This document shows positions 30,241 to 40,385 of a stretch of 64,000 nucleotides of DNA, in pieces. A program made the position numbers and the translations under genes. The DNA is from Patescibacteria group bacterium (lineage in GTDB: Bacteria; Patescibacteriota; Minisyncoccia; UBA6257; 1-14-0-10-40-38). How positions within the stretch are numbered: the first letter of the stretch is position 1; each line of letters opens with the position of its first letter. The stretch spans positions 336 to 64,335 of the forward strand of contig JBBTRX010000001.1 of the NCBI GenBank assembly GCA_038064975.1. The letters are read 5' to 3'. The notes below the pieces were generated by a model that was not told the DNA's origin, did not search any database, and worked only from the letters and a program-made list of their open reading frames with translations.

Positions 30241-31071
30241 CTACATCCACCTCTTAGGAACTGGTTCTGATTTGGACGGGCGGACGTAAGCGAAGTAAAC
30301 ACCACTCCCAAATTCCCCACCACACAAAGGAAGACTAAGGGACTTCTCTTCCGAATTATGACTAAGAGAGAATACATACGAGTAACCGTCAATTTCAATC
30401 GGCTCGTGAAGGAAAATTATACTGGACGGATAATGCCTAGAGTAGTCTGGCCAGAATCGAAGAGCATCCTCATACATAGGAAGCTCCAAGCCTCGTTTTT
30501 TACCCTCCCTAATCACGTCTGGAGCGGACATTATTCGTCTGAACGGAATGAAAACAAGGTGACGTACCGTAAACGGAAATGGACGAAGCGGAAATCGAGA
30601 CCCCGTAATTTGATTGCTTACCCAATTATGTATGCCTGCACGTTTAAGATCTCTACATGCATCAGGATGCCTCACACAATTATGTTTGCCCTTGCCTGCG
30701 GCAATAAGATTCCTAGATGAATCATTCCCAATAAGGATTGAGGCGTCAATGCTATTTCTCAATTCATGTGCTCCGTTTGAAATAATGACGCCACATTCAG
30801 CAATGATATCAGGGCGTTCGTGTATAACCAACGAGAGATCCTCAGGAATACCATTTCTCGCCACTATTACTCTTGTGATTTCTGTATACAAATCATCTTT
30901 TGCCTTGCGATCAATTTCTGCATTAAGACTTCCATTCGCTTTCAGATCATCTTCTGTCTTGGAATCACTTTGCAACGACTTAAGCTCAATCTCATTATCA
31001 CGAGGAATCTTCTTTTTACTCTTTTTACTCACGACTTTCCTCCTTGTTCCGTTGTTTTGCCTCCTCTTCAC
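30241..31071 (-). CDS. hypothetical protein
   Basis: 276-aa ORF with a basic N-terminus and a Cys/His cluster (HNCVRHPDACRDLKRAGIHNW) that may be HNH-like. Weak. Confidence 0.35.
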   Translation of the reverse strand: MKRRQNNGTRRKVVSKKSKKKIPRDNEIELKSLQSDSKTEDDLKANGSLNAEIDRKAKDDLYTEITRVIVARNGIPEDLSLVIHERPDIIAECGVIISNGAHELRNSIDASILIGNDSSRNLIAAGKGKHNCVRHPDACRDLKRAGIHNWVSNQITGSRFPLRPFPFTVRHLVFIPFRRIMSAPDVIREGKKRGLELPMYEDALRFWPDYSRHYPSSIIFLHEPIEIDGYSYVFSLSHNSEEKSLSLPLCGGEFGSGVYFAYVRPSKSEPVPKRWM

Positions 31072-31194
31072 GAAGTGAAGTGGTTACCTCGCTGTGCACA
31101 GCACTATCAAGGTGCCGCCGTCAGGTATACAGTATTTACAACTAAAAATCAAGACCATGATTCACAAATTTTTCACTTACCTTTTAAAAAAACA

Positions 31195-33345
31195 CTATTC
31201 CATTTTCAACGAAAGCACTTTAGAAGTCCCGTCCTCTCCCATCGTAACGCCATAGAGTAGATCGGCGGACTCCATTGTCGCACGATTGTGCGTAACAATT
31301 AAAAATTGCGTTTTACCGGAAAACTCTTTAACAATACTCGCAAATCTGCGTGCATTTGCTTCGTCAAGAGGAGCATCAATTTCGTCCAGCACAAGAAATG
31401 GCGGGGGGCTTACCGAAATGAGTGCGAAAAGTGCAGCAACAGAAACAAGTGTTTTCTCCCCGCCTGACAACATATCTAGTCCGCTAATACGTTTTCGCGG
31501 AAGCGAAACAGCAATCTCAATACCGCCATGATCTTGCGAGTGAGTATCATCGCCATCCCCTGGAAGCACTACTTCGCCCTCACCTTCGGTAAGCGTCTGC
31601 GGGCGCGGTTTTTCTAATACGAGCTTTGCTGTTCCCCCACCAAACATCGTATGAAAATAGGTCTGAAACTCATGATTCATTGCTTTCAGCGCCTCGGTAA
31701 AATCATTATGAATTTTATCGTCCAAGTCGTGGATAAGATTGGTAAGATCAGTAAACGCTTTTTCTAAATCCAAAAGCTGGGTAGAGAGAAATGTATATCG
31801 CTCATCCGCTTCCTTTGCTTCTTTGATTACGGCTTCATCAATTTCTCCAATAGAAGCAAGTTCTCCGCGAATACGGAGCATATCACGCTCCGTTTTTACT
31901 ACATCATGACTTTCCTCAATCGGTGAGAAATCTTTTAGCGATCGCCCGATCTGTTCCGCATAATGTGTAAGCTCCTGCTCGCGAATTTTGACGCGCTCTT
32001 CTTCAAACAATATTCTATTCTTCGCGGCTTCTATTTTATTCCGCTCATTCTTTTTTTCTTCAACGGCGGCAAATGCTTTTCTAAATTCAGTATTAAAATC
32101 CGCGAATCCCGTATTTCGCTTTTCTTCCTGGGCAGAAATTTTCGCGAGATCCTCGTCAATTGCCCGCACCTGTTCTAAAAGCGTGTTCCGCTCTTCTTCA
32201 ATTTCCCGATTCGGCGTACCGAAGCCTGCCGCCTCATTCGTTCCGCTATCCAACAAATGATTTATCTTTTCAAAAAGCTGTTTAAGGAGATTCTTAACCA
32301 CGCGTGCATCACTTTCATACATAGCGTCTTCAAGCGTCTCCCGAGTTTCTTCCAATAAACGAACCATTTCCTCGCTGTCTTTTGATCCGTGTACACGCTC
32401 ACCGCCTAATTCAATTTTCGCCTCTATACGGCCCAACGTTTTCTGCAATTCTGATTTCTTCGCGAATAGCGTATCGCGATCCTTTTGCCACGTAAGATAT
32501 TCGTCTCCGGATTTCGGTGACTTCGCCTCAACACTTTTCAATTCCTTCTCTCGTTCTGCAAGCTCCTTTGCGAGTCCTTGGAGTGCTTCATCGTGACTAT
32601 TCATCTCTGGCATTACCCTTTCCCGCTCAGTTTTAAGTTGAGCAAGCTTGATACCAAAATATATTTTTTCCAGATTTGAAAGCTCGTTTACGAGTTCGTC
32701 ATGCTTTTCCCACTTCGCAGTTTGGCGGCGAAGTAAACGAAGGCGGGGCAGAATTTCTTCTACGAGCGCCTTTGCTTTTTCCATATTAAAACGCGTGTTT
32801 TTCAGCTTGAGCTCTGCGTCGTGCTTTTTTAACTGATATTGGCGAAGCCCTAAAATTTCTTCCAACATCGCTCGGCGATCCCGAGCACTGGAACGCACAA
32901 AAATATCGCTATCACCCTGATTCACGATCGTAAGCCCCTTCGTTCCGAGTCGGGATTGCGCGAAAAAATCAATAATATCTTTCAGGCGAACTTCTGCGTC
33001 ATTTAAAAAATATTGTGACGTACCGTCCCGCTCTATCCTGCGACGAATCGCAACTTCCGCATAATCAACGGGGAAAAATCTATTCGCGTTATCAAATACC
33101 ATCGTCGCTTGAGCCACGCCAACACGCGCTCGCTGGGGCGTTCCGGCAAAAATCAAATCTTCGGCCTTAGCTCCGCGCATATTCTTTGCTTCACGTTCTC
33201 CCAAAAGCCAACGCACAGCGTCAATAATATTTGATTTTCCGGAACCATTCGGTCCTACGATCGCAGCTATACCGGCGGGAAATTCAAGAACCGTTTTAGA
33301 AGCAAACGATTTAAAACCAACAAGCTCAATTCTTTTTAGGTACAT
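31195..33345 (-). CDS. smc: SMC-like chromosome segregation ATPase (short form)
   Basis: N-terminal Walker A GPNGSGKSN, long coiled coils, and a C-terminal signature LSGGEKTL with Walker B LVLDEIDAPLD. At 716 aa it is shorter than canonical SMC. Confidence 0.75.
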   Translation of the reverse strand: MYLKRIELVGFKSFASKTVLEFPAGIAAIVGPNGSGKSNIIDAVRWLLGEREAKNMRGAKAEDLIFAGTPQRARVGVAQATMVFDNANRFFPVDYAEVAIRRRIERDGTSQYFLNDAEVRLKDIIDFFAQSRLGTKGLTIVNQGDSDIFVRSSARDRRAMLEEILGLRQYQLKKHDAELKLKNTRFNMEKAKALVEEILPRLRLLRRQTAKWEKHDELVNELSNLEKIYFGIKLAQLKTERERVMPEMNSHDEALQGLAKELAEREKELKSVEAKSPKSGDEYLTWQKDRDTLFAKKSELQKTLGRIEAKIELGGERVHGSKDSEEMVRLLEETRETLEDAMYESDARVVKNLLKQLFEKINHLLDSGTNEAAGFGTPNREIEEERNTLLEQVRAIDEDLAKISAQEEKRNTGFADFNTEFRKAFAAVEEKKNERNKIEAAKNRILFEEERVKIREQELTHYAEQIGRSLKDFSPIEESHDVVKTERDMLRIRGELASIGEIDEAVIKEAKEADERYTFLSTQLLDLEKAFTDLTNLIHDLDDKIHNDFTEALKAMNHEFQTYFHTMFGGGTAKLVLEKPRPQTLTEGEGEVVLPGDGDDTHSQDHGGIEIAVSLPRKRISGLDMLSGGEKTLVSVAALFALISVSPPPFLVLDEIDAPLDEANARRFASIVKEFSGKTQFLIVTHNRATMESADLLYGVTMGEDGTSKVLSLKME

Positions 33346-33359
33346 GTAAGTTCCTTAGC

Positions 33360-34049
33360 TTAAAATCCCAATTTACCGAGCGCGTTCCGCGCCGCTTCTA
33401 TTTCCGCATCCTGTTTGGACATACCGCTCCCTTCTGCCATAAGTTCATCACCAAAATATGCTCCGACGGTAAATAATTTCGCGTGATCAGGGCCTGTTTC
33501 TTTCAGCACGTGGTACGTAGGGGTAACTTTCTTTTCTTCCTGCACCTTTTCTTGGAGTACACTCTTCGGATCTTTATATAATTTTCTCCTCATAACTTCA
33601 TCCAACCGAGCCATAATTGTCTTATCAACAAAATATTTTGCCGCAGCATACCCGCCATCTAAATGGAGCGCGCCAATAACCGACTCCATCGCATTTGCAA
33701 CAATCACTTCTCTTCCCCGCCCCATGTCTTTTGCCTCTCCGCGGGAAAGTAAAATATGAGCGTCCATGCCGATTGATTTTCCTACGTCCGCCATCATTTG
33801 ATAGTTAACCAGTGCAGAACGGATCGGCGTCATCTGACCTTCGGTATAATCCGGATAGCGATAAAAAAGTTCTTCGGTAACGATAAGCTCTAAAACCGCG
33901 TCACCTAAAAATTCCAGTCGCTCATTATGCGCCTTTGATCGCGAAACATCTTCGTTTAAATAGGAACGGTGAGTCACCGCTTCCTCGAGAAGTGCTTTGT
34001 CTTTAAATTTGTGCCCGAGTATCGCCTCTAATCCTGCGAACTTCATCAT
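33360..34049 (-). CDS. rnc: ribonuclease III
   Basis: ERLEFLGDAVLELIV signature plus a C-terminal dsRBD. Confidence 0.9.
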   Translation of the reverse strand: MMKFAGLEAILGHKFKDKALLEEAVTHRSYLNEDVSRSKAHNERLEFLGDAVLELIVTEELFYRYPDYTEGQMTPIRSALVNYQMMADVGKSIGMDAHILLSRGEAKDMGRGREVIVANAMESVIGALHLDGGYAAAKYFVDKTIMARLDEVMRRKLYKDPKSVLQEKVQEEKKVTPTYHVLKETGPDHAKLFTVGAYFGDELMAEGSGMSKQDAEIEAARNALGKLGF

Positions 34050-34109
34050 AAGTGGATTGAGAAGCAGAAGTAATCAATTAAGGTTATCTTAGATGATCGC
34101 TTCTGATTC

Positions 34110-34550
34110 CTAGTGTGGTGCTGTTTTTTCTTGTGCTTGGATTTCTTTGTAGACCGTTCCCAAAACGCCGTTAATAAATTTTCCGGAATTTGGTCCTCCG
34201 TAATTTTTTGCGATCTCTATCGCTTCGTTGATCGCAACCTTGTGAGGAATTTCCTCGTGATCGGCATAGAGCAATTCATAGAGCCCAATGCGGAGCGCAT
34301 TGCGGTCTATAATCGCAATCTGTTCAATCGGCCATTCAGGGGCAGCTTTTGCAATAATATGGTCAATTTCTTTTCGATGTTCAATTACGCCATTTAAGAG
34401 TTTCCAAGCAAACTCCGGCTCATCGATGCCTGGTGCAAATTCCTGGAGATTCCGCTCTAGGATTGCGGGCAGATCAGCTTTTTCTTTGAAAAAGTCCCAT
34501 TCGTACAGTGATTGCAGAACCACCGAACGGGCAAGTTGTCGAGTTGCCAT
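34110..34550 (-). CDS. nusB: transcription antitermination factor NusB
   Basis: [20 protein letters not shown]... Start trimmed to MATRQ. Confidence 0.85.
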   Translation of the reverse strand: MATRQLARSVVLQSLYEWDFFKEKADLPAILERNLQEFAPGIDEPEFAWKLLNGVIEHRKEIDHIIAKAAPEWPIEQIAIIDRNALRIGLYELLYADHEEIPHKVAINEAIEIAKNYGGPNSGKFINGVLGTVYKEIQAQEKTAPH

Positions 34551-34622
34551 AGTAGTAACAGTACACAACTGAAGCAAAAAAATCAAAAACGGGTCCGATT
34601 GTGGAGGACCCGCTTTGATCTC

Positions 34623-34796
34623 TTATTTCACTCGCTCCTTCTTTTTATATATGCCACACTGCGCGCAAGCGCGATGAGGAAGCATCGGCCCTTTGCAATT
34701 CGGGCATACCCGAATATTCTTCGGCTTAAGTGCTAAGTGCGAACGCCGCCGCCCTACTTTTGATTTAGAATGATGTTTAGTCGGTACTCCTCCCAT
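34623..34796 (-). CDS. rpmF: 50S ribosomal protein L32
   Basis: 57-aa ORF MGGVPTKHHSKSKVGRRRSHLALKPKNIRVCPNCKGPMLPHRACAQCGIYKKKERVK, with the zinc ribbon. Not in the track because it is under 60 aa. Confidence 0.8.
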   Translation of the reverse strand: MGGVPTKHHSKSKVGRRRSHLALKPKNIRVCPNCKGPMLPHRACAQCGIYKKKERVK

Positions 34797-35012
34797 ACGA
34801 TTCAGTAGCTAGTATCTAGAAAATAGAATCTAGCAGAAAAATTAGAAATTTCCGCTTCGAGCGGAAGTTAATGATACTAGAGAAGAATAAAGTAATGCGG
34901 CTTGTATGTCAATAAATAGAGCCTCGCGTATGCGAGGCTCTCTGACTCTGGGATGACATCAACTCCCGTTACTCCCTAACGACTGAGGACCTCTTGTATT
35001 GTCTGCGACTAT

Positions 35013-35186
35013 CTAAGAATAGGGGTCGCGGGCGTGAATGTTTTCGAACGTCGTTATTTTTGAATTAAGATCGCGAAGAATATTGACAACATCGGGCTTA
35101 TCCTTGTTTTTCTCAATACTTTGCGCAATGACAGCCTTGACGTAATCCACCGTTGACTGGATAGCCGCGATACGCTCTAGGTTCAT
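35013..35186 (-). CDS. small hypothetical protein (57 aa)
   Basis: MNLERIAAIQSTVDYVKAVIAQ... with a strong SD (GGAAGGGAG). Followed by a terminator hairpin gagcctcgc-gtat-gcgaggctc at ~34919-34943. Confidence 0.35.
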   Translation of the reverse strand: MNLERIAAIQSTVDYVKAVIAQSIEKNKDKPDVVNILRDLNSKITTFENIHARDPYS

Positions 35187-35351
35187 AACCGCTCCCTTCC
35201 TTTCTAGTTTGGGACTATTTCCAGAATAGCATCAAATTCTATGGATGTCAAGCATACTTCTTCTACTTTCAAAAACCTACTATAATTGACGCACCGTTCT
35301 TTACCGACCCATAGTTGTTTGTAGTTATAAGTTTTAAGTCTGCCATTTCCT

Positions 35352-38300
35352 ATGCCCAAATTCGTCCATCTTCATACCCACAGCCACTATTCCCTCTTAG
35401 ACGGCCTTCCCAAGGTTGATGAGCTTGTTGAACGTGCCAAAGAACTCGGCATGGATGCTCTCGCGATTACGGACCATGGCAACTTATATGGAGCCGTTGA
35501 ATTTTACAAAAAAGCGAAAGCCGCAGGCATTAAGCCGATTTTCGGAGTAGAGGCATATATCGCGCCCGGCGACCACACGGAAAAGGGAGAAAACGGCAAT
35601 CGGAAATATTTTCATCTTACGCTCATCGTTAAAAACGAAGTGGGTTGGAGAAATCTAATCCAACTCGTCACTAAAGCAAATTTGGACGGCTTTTATTATC
35701 GCCCGCGAATGGATAAAAATCTGCTTCGTAAACACCACGAAGGATTAATTGCGCTCTCCGGATGCCTCGCCGGAGAAGTCTCTCAAGTGCTTCTTGCAAA
35801 CAATATAACAAAGGCCACTGAAGTTGCGAGAGAATATCAAGATATTTTCGGTGCAGAAAATTATTATTTTGAAATCGGCCACCACCCTGGCGTTCCCGAA
35901 ACCGTCCCCGTCCGCGAAGGATTAGTAAAACTTTCCCGCGAACTTGATATCCCGCTCGTAGCAACGCAGGACATTCACTATCTCAAAAAAGAAGACGCGG
36001 AATACCACGACATCTTGCTTGCAGTGCAGACCGGAAACAAAACGAGCGATCCGGACCGCCTTTCGTTAAAAAGCGACGACTTTTCCATGCGCTCGCCCGA
36101 AGAAATGGCTGAGCTTTTTAAGGAAACTCCGGAGGCAGTTGAAAATACGGTAAAAATCGGCGACCAATGCTCATTTGAACTTGAGCTGGATAAAATCAAA
36201 CTTCCTAAATTCCAATTACCAAACGGCGTAACGGCGGAAACTTTTCTTAATAATCTTTTAAAAGAACGAACTCCCGACCGATATACAGAAATAACCGAGG
36301 AAGTACAAAGCCGAGTCGCGATGGAAGTTTCTGTCATCAACAAGATGGGCTTCGCGGATTACTTCTTGATCGTTCAAGACTTTGTAAACTGGGCGAAAGA
36401 ACGCGGCATTGTGGTAGGACCTGGCAGAGGTTCGGCCGCAGGCAGTATCGTTTCCTATATTCTTGGCATTACCGATTTAGACCCTATCCGCTACGAGCTC
36501 ATCTTTGAGCGCTTCTTAAACCCTGACCGCATTCAAATGCCTGACATAGACATCGACATCACGGATATTCGCCGCGATGAAGTTTTGGGCTACCTGCGCG
36601 AGAAATATGGAGAAGACCATGTCGCACACATTATTACCTTTGGAACTATGGCGGCGCGCGCTGCGGTACGCGATGTTGGCCGGGCAACGGGCGTAAGCTA
36701 TGACCTCTGCGACCAAATCGCGAAGCTCATCCCCTTTAACGCGAATCTTCGGAAAGCGATGCGCGAAGTTTCCGATTTAGCAAAACTCGCAAAAGACAAC
36801 GAACAAGCAAAAAACGTGATTGAAGCCGCGACACATTTGGAAGGCGTTGCCCGCCACGCTTCGGTGCATGCCTGCGGCATCGTGATCTCAAACGAACCAC
36901 TCACTAACTATCTTCCCCTCCAGCGCGCTCCGCAGGACGCGAATGTTATCGTAACCCAGTTTGAAATGCATTCCGTGGAATCACTGGGACTTTTAAAAAT
37001 CGATCTCCTGGGACTCCGCAACTTAACAACCATTGAAAATACGGTCCGCCTCGTTAAAGAACTAAGGAATGTTGATATTAATATTTCTCGTATTCCTTTG
37101 GATGACGCAAAAGCATTCCAATTGCTCCGCGATGGTATCACTGCCGGTATCTTCCAGCTGGAATCTTCCGGTATGACGCGCTATCTCAAAGAACTAGCTC
37201 CTACAGAATTGGAAGACATTATCGCCATGGTTGCCTTATACCGCCCGGGACCGATGGAGCTTATTCCGGAATATATTGCACGCAAATATGGTAAGAGCAG
37301 AGTGGCATATCTCCATAAGAAATTAGAGCCTGTGCTTAAAAAAACATATGGCATCATGATCTATCAGGAACAGCTCATGAAAGCGGCACAAGTGCTCGCG
37401 GGCTTTACGCTTGCAGAAGCAGACGTACTCCGCAAAGCAGTCGGCAAAAAAATACGCAAACTTCTTCTTGAACAGAAAGAAAAATTAATCAGTGGCTGCA
37501 TTAAAAACGGCATCTCACAAGATGTTGCCGAAAAATTCTGGAGTCTTGTTGAGCCATTCGACCGCTACGGATTTAATAGATCACACGCTGCATGCTACGC
37601 CATGATCGCCTACCGGACGGCATATCTTAAAGCCAACTATCCCGTTGAGTTTATGACTGCGCTTTTGAATGCGGAATCAAGCGACATTGATCGCATCGCT
37701 TACCTTGTCGCGGAATGTAAAAAAATGAACATTGAAGTGTTTCCACCCGATATCAATGCAAGCTCAGCTTCATTTGCTCCGGATGGTGGAAATATTCGCT
37801 TCGGTCTCGCAGCAATTAAAAACGTGGGTGCAAATATTATTGACGCCATCATTCAAGAACGTTCAAAGGGAGGCCCGTTCCGCAACCTTTCAGAATTTCT
37901 CTCTCGCGTGCGGCACAAAGATTTGAATAAAAAATCACTGGAGGCACTCATTAAATGCGGCGCGCTAGATGTTTTAGGTACTGAACGGAATCAGGCACTT
38001 CAAAATATTGAAGATGTCGTAAAGTTTAATCAGAACATTCGAAAATCAGCGGACAACGCCCAAACCGGACTTTTTGGCGCAGCTCCCATAGGAACGCTTC
38101 GCTTAGCGGAAAAACCACCTGCAACCTCCCAAGAAAAACTTACGTGGGAAAAAGAATTACTCGGCCTCTATATTACCGATCATCCGCTCAATCGTTTCAA
38201 ACCCAAAATAGAACAGGCCAAAGCTGTAGGGATTAAAGAAATTCTCGCAAATCAGGCAGGAACGGGGTATATTAGGACTGCGGGCGTTATTACACAAATC

Positions 38301-38510
38301 AAGCGCATTAACACTAAAAGCGGCAAACCAATGCTCTTCGTAACCTTAGAGGATTGGAACGATTCCTTGGAAGTTATCGTATTTCCGGAAACGTTAAATG
38401 AGCTCGCCTCTGTTTGGGAAGAAAATACGCCGATCCTCCTCGTAGGCAAAATGTCAGCGCGGAACGGAGAATCAAAAATGATTTGTGAGAACGCAGCTAA
38501 GTTGGTTTAA
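35352..38510 (+). CDS. dnaE: DNA polymerase III alpha subunit
   Basis: N-terminal PHP domain (HLHTHSHYSLLDG); 1052 aa. Confidence 0.95.
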   Translation: MPKFVHLHTHSHYSLLDGLPKVDELVERAKELGMDALAITDHGNLYGAVEFYKKAKAAGIKPIFGVEAYIAPGDHTEKGENGNRKYFHLTLIVKNEVGWRNLIQLVTKANLDGFYYRPRMDKNLLRKHHEGLIALSGCLAGEVSQVLLANNITKATEVAREYQDIFGAENYYFEIGHHPGVPETVPVREGLVKLSRELDIPLVATQDIHYLKKEDAEYHDILLAVQTGNKTSDPDRLSLKSDDFSMRSPEEMAELFKETPEAVENTVKIGDQCSFELELDKIKLPKFQLPNGVTAETFLNNLLKERTPDRYTEITEEVQSRVAMEVSVINKMGFADYFLIVQDFVNWAKERGIVVGPGRGSAAGSIVSYILGITDLDPIRYELIFERFLNPDRIQMPDIDIDITDIRRDEVLGYLREKYGEDHVAHIITFGTMAARAAVRDVGRATGVSYDLCDQIAKLIPFNANLRKAMREVSDLAKLAKDNEQAKNVIEAATHLEGVARHASVHACGIVISNEPLTNYLPLQRAPQDANVIVTQFEMHSVESLGLLKIDLLGLRNLTTIENTVRLVKELRNVDINISRIPLDDAKAFQLLRDGITAGIFQLESSGMTRYLKELAPTELEDIIAMVALYRPGPMELIPEYIARKYGKSRVAYLHKKLEPVLKKTYGIMIYQEQLMKAAQVLAGFTLAEADVLRKAVGKKIRKLLLEQKEKLISGCIKNGISQDVAEKFWSLVEPFDRYGFNRSHAACYAMIAYRTAYLKANYPVEFMTALLNAESSDIDRIAYLVAECKKMNIEVFPPDINASSASFAPDGGNIRFGLAAIKNVGANIIDAIIQERSKGGPFRNLSEFLSRVRHKDLNKKSLEALIKCGALDVLGTERNQALQNIEDVVKFNQNIRKSADNAQTGLFGAAPIGTLRLAEKPPATSQEKLTWEKELLGLYITDHPLNRFKPKIEQAKAVGIKEILANQAGTGYIRTAGVITQIKRINTKSGKPMLFVTLEDWNDSLEVIVFPETLNELASVWEENTPILLVGKMSARNGESKMICENAAKLV

Positions 38511-38606
38511 CGACAAGTAAAATAGGGACAGGTGACATGTCCCGTGTCCCATGCTCCATGTCCCAAAACTCACCAACTCATCAACTGACTAACTGATCAA
38601 CTGTAT

Positions 38607-40355
38607 ATGAATTCCAGCAACGCAAACCTAGAGTCTATTAGACATTCTCTTGCTCATATTCTCGCCTCTGCGGTACAGAAAAAGTTCCCCGGAGTAAAAC
38701 TCGGCATCGGTCCGGCAATCCAGGACGGGTTTTATTATGATTTTAAATTTAAAAATAATCCCGGACCGGAAATCCTTGCGGAATTAGAGTCTGAGATGCG
38801 TGCGATTATCAAACAGAATCTCCTCTTCTCCGGAACTAAAATTACTCCGCAGAAAGCTCGCAATCTTTTTAAGGGCCAGCCGTTCAAGCTTGAACTCATT
38901 AAAGATTTCACAAAAGATAAAAAACAACTCACTTCGTACGCCACGGGAACAATTTTTATGGATCTCTGTCGCGGAGGGCATGTTAAGAATACCGGCATGA
39001 TAAATCCGGATGCTTTTAAACTCTCACACCTCGCCGGAGCATATTGGCGCGGAGACGAAAAGAAACCGCAACTCCTCCGCATTTATGGATTTGCGTTTGA
39101 AACTAAAGAAGATTTGGATAAACACCTCGCACTGCTTGAAGAAGCAAAAAGACGCGATCATAAAAAACTAGGAAAAGATCTGGATCTCTTTACGTTTTCC
39201 GACCTTGTGGGCGCAGGGCTCCCCCTTTGGACTCCGAAAGGCACAGTTGTACGGGACATGTTGGATTCATTTGTTTGGGAACTCCGAAAATCTCGCGGGT
39301 ACGATCGCGTGGATATTCCTCATATCACGAAGAAAGATCTCTACGAAACGAGCGGTCATTGGGATAAATTTAAAGAAGAACTATTCCATATCACCACACG
39401 CGAAGGGCATCTTTTGGTTTTAAAGCCAATGAACTGCCCGCATCACACGCAGATTTACGCACGTAAGCAGTGGAGCTATCGGGAACTACCTCAACGCTAT
39501 GCCTCTACAACGAAAGTATATCGCGACGAACAGACCGGAGAACTCGCGGGACTTGCTCGCGTACGCGCGATTACACAAGACGACGCGCATGTCTTTTGCA
39601 GAAAAAACCAGATTGGAGAAGAAATGGGACGCGTTGCCGATATTATCAATGAATTCTATCGCGTGTTTGGTTTTTCACTTTCCGTCCGCCTTTCGTTTCA
39701 TGACCCGAAAGAAAAATCAAAATACCTCGGCACCCCAAAGCTTTGGAAGGAAGCAGAAGCAGAACTCCGTAAGCTCATAGCAGAAAAAGGATACGAAGCA
39801 ACGGAAGCAAAAGGAGAAGCAGCGTTTTACGGTCCTAAGATTGATTTCATCGCCAAGGACTCGCTGGGACGCGAGTGGCAAGTCGCGACAATCCAGTTGG
39901 ATATGATCCAGCCAGAACGGTTTAATCTCACCTGCATCGGGGAAGACGGAAAACCGGAAGGCATTTTTATGATTCACGCCGCAATCATGGGATCTCTGGA
40001 ACGATTCATCTCTGTCCTTATTGAGCACACTGCCGGAGCATTTCCCGTCTGGCTCGCACCGACACAGGTACGCATTCTCCCTATTGGAGAAAAATTCTCC
40101 GAATACGCAAAGAGTGTGGAGCAGAAATTTATGAGCGCAGACATCCGTACGGAAATGAGCGAAAATGATTCTTTGGGAAAACGTATTAGAGAATCTGAAA
40201 TGCAAAAAATCCCCTATACGATTATCGTGGGAGAAAAGGAACAAACAGCCGGAACCATAAGCGTTCGTCGCTACGGCAAGGGAGATGAAGGAATCATCCA
40301 ACTAGAACAATTTCTGGAAAGAATCCAAAACGAAGTCAAAACAAAATCCGCCTAA
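38607..40355 (+). CDS. thrS: threonyl-tRNA synthetase (lacking the N-terminal TGS domain)
   Basis: Class II motifs and the second additional domain (HSLAHIL). Confidence 0.9.
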   Translation: MNSSNANLESIRHSLAHILASAVQKKFPGVKLGIGPAIQDGFYYDFKFKNNPGPEILAELESEMRAIIKQNLLFSGTKITPQKARNLFKGQPFKLELIKDFTKDKKQLTSYATGTIFMDLCRGGHVKNTGMINPDAFKLSHLAGAYWRGDEKKPQLLRIYGFAFETKEDLDKHLALLEEAKRRDHKKLGKDLDLFTFSDLVGAGLPLWTPKGTVVRDMLDSFVWELRKSRGYDRVDIPHITKKDLYETSGHWDKFKEELFHITTREGHLLVLKPMNCPHHTQIYARKQWSYRELPQRYASTTKVYRDEQTGELAGLARVRAITQDDAHVFCRKNQIGEEMGRVADIINEFYRVFGFSLSVRLSFHDPKEKSKYLGTPKLWKEAEAELRKLIAEKGYEATEAKGEAAFYGPKIDFIAKDSLGREWQVATIQLDMIQPERFNLTCIGEDGKPEGIFMIHAAIMGSLERFISVLIEHTAGAFPVWLAPTQVRILPIGEKFSEYAKSVEQKFMSADIRTEMSENDSLGKRIRESEMQKIPYTIIVGEKEQTAGTISVRRYGKGDEGIIQLEQFLERIQNEVKTKSA

Positions 40356-40370
40356 TCGGCGGATTTTTTA
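40341..40370 (+). terminator. rho-independent terminator of thrS
   Basis: aaaatccgcc-taatc-ggcggatttt with a perfect 10-bp stem, followed by T-run. It overlaps the thrS stop codon. Confidence 0.7.
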
Positions 40371-40385
40371 GAAACACAAGCCCTT

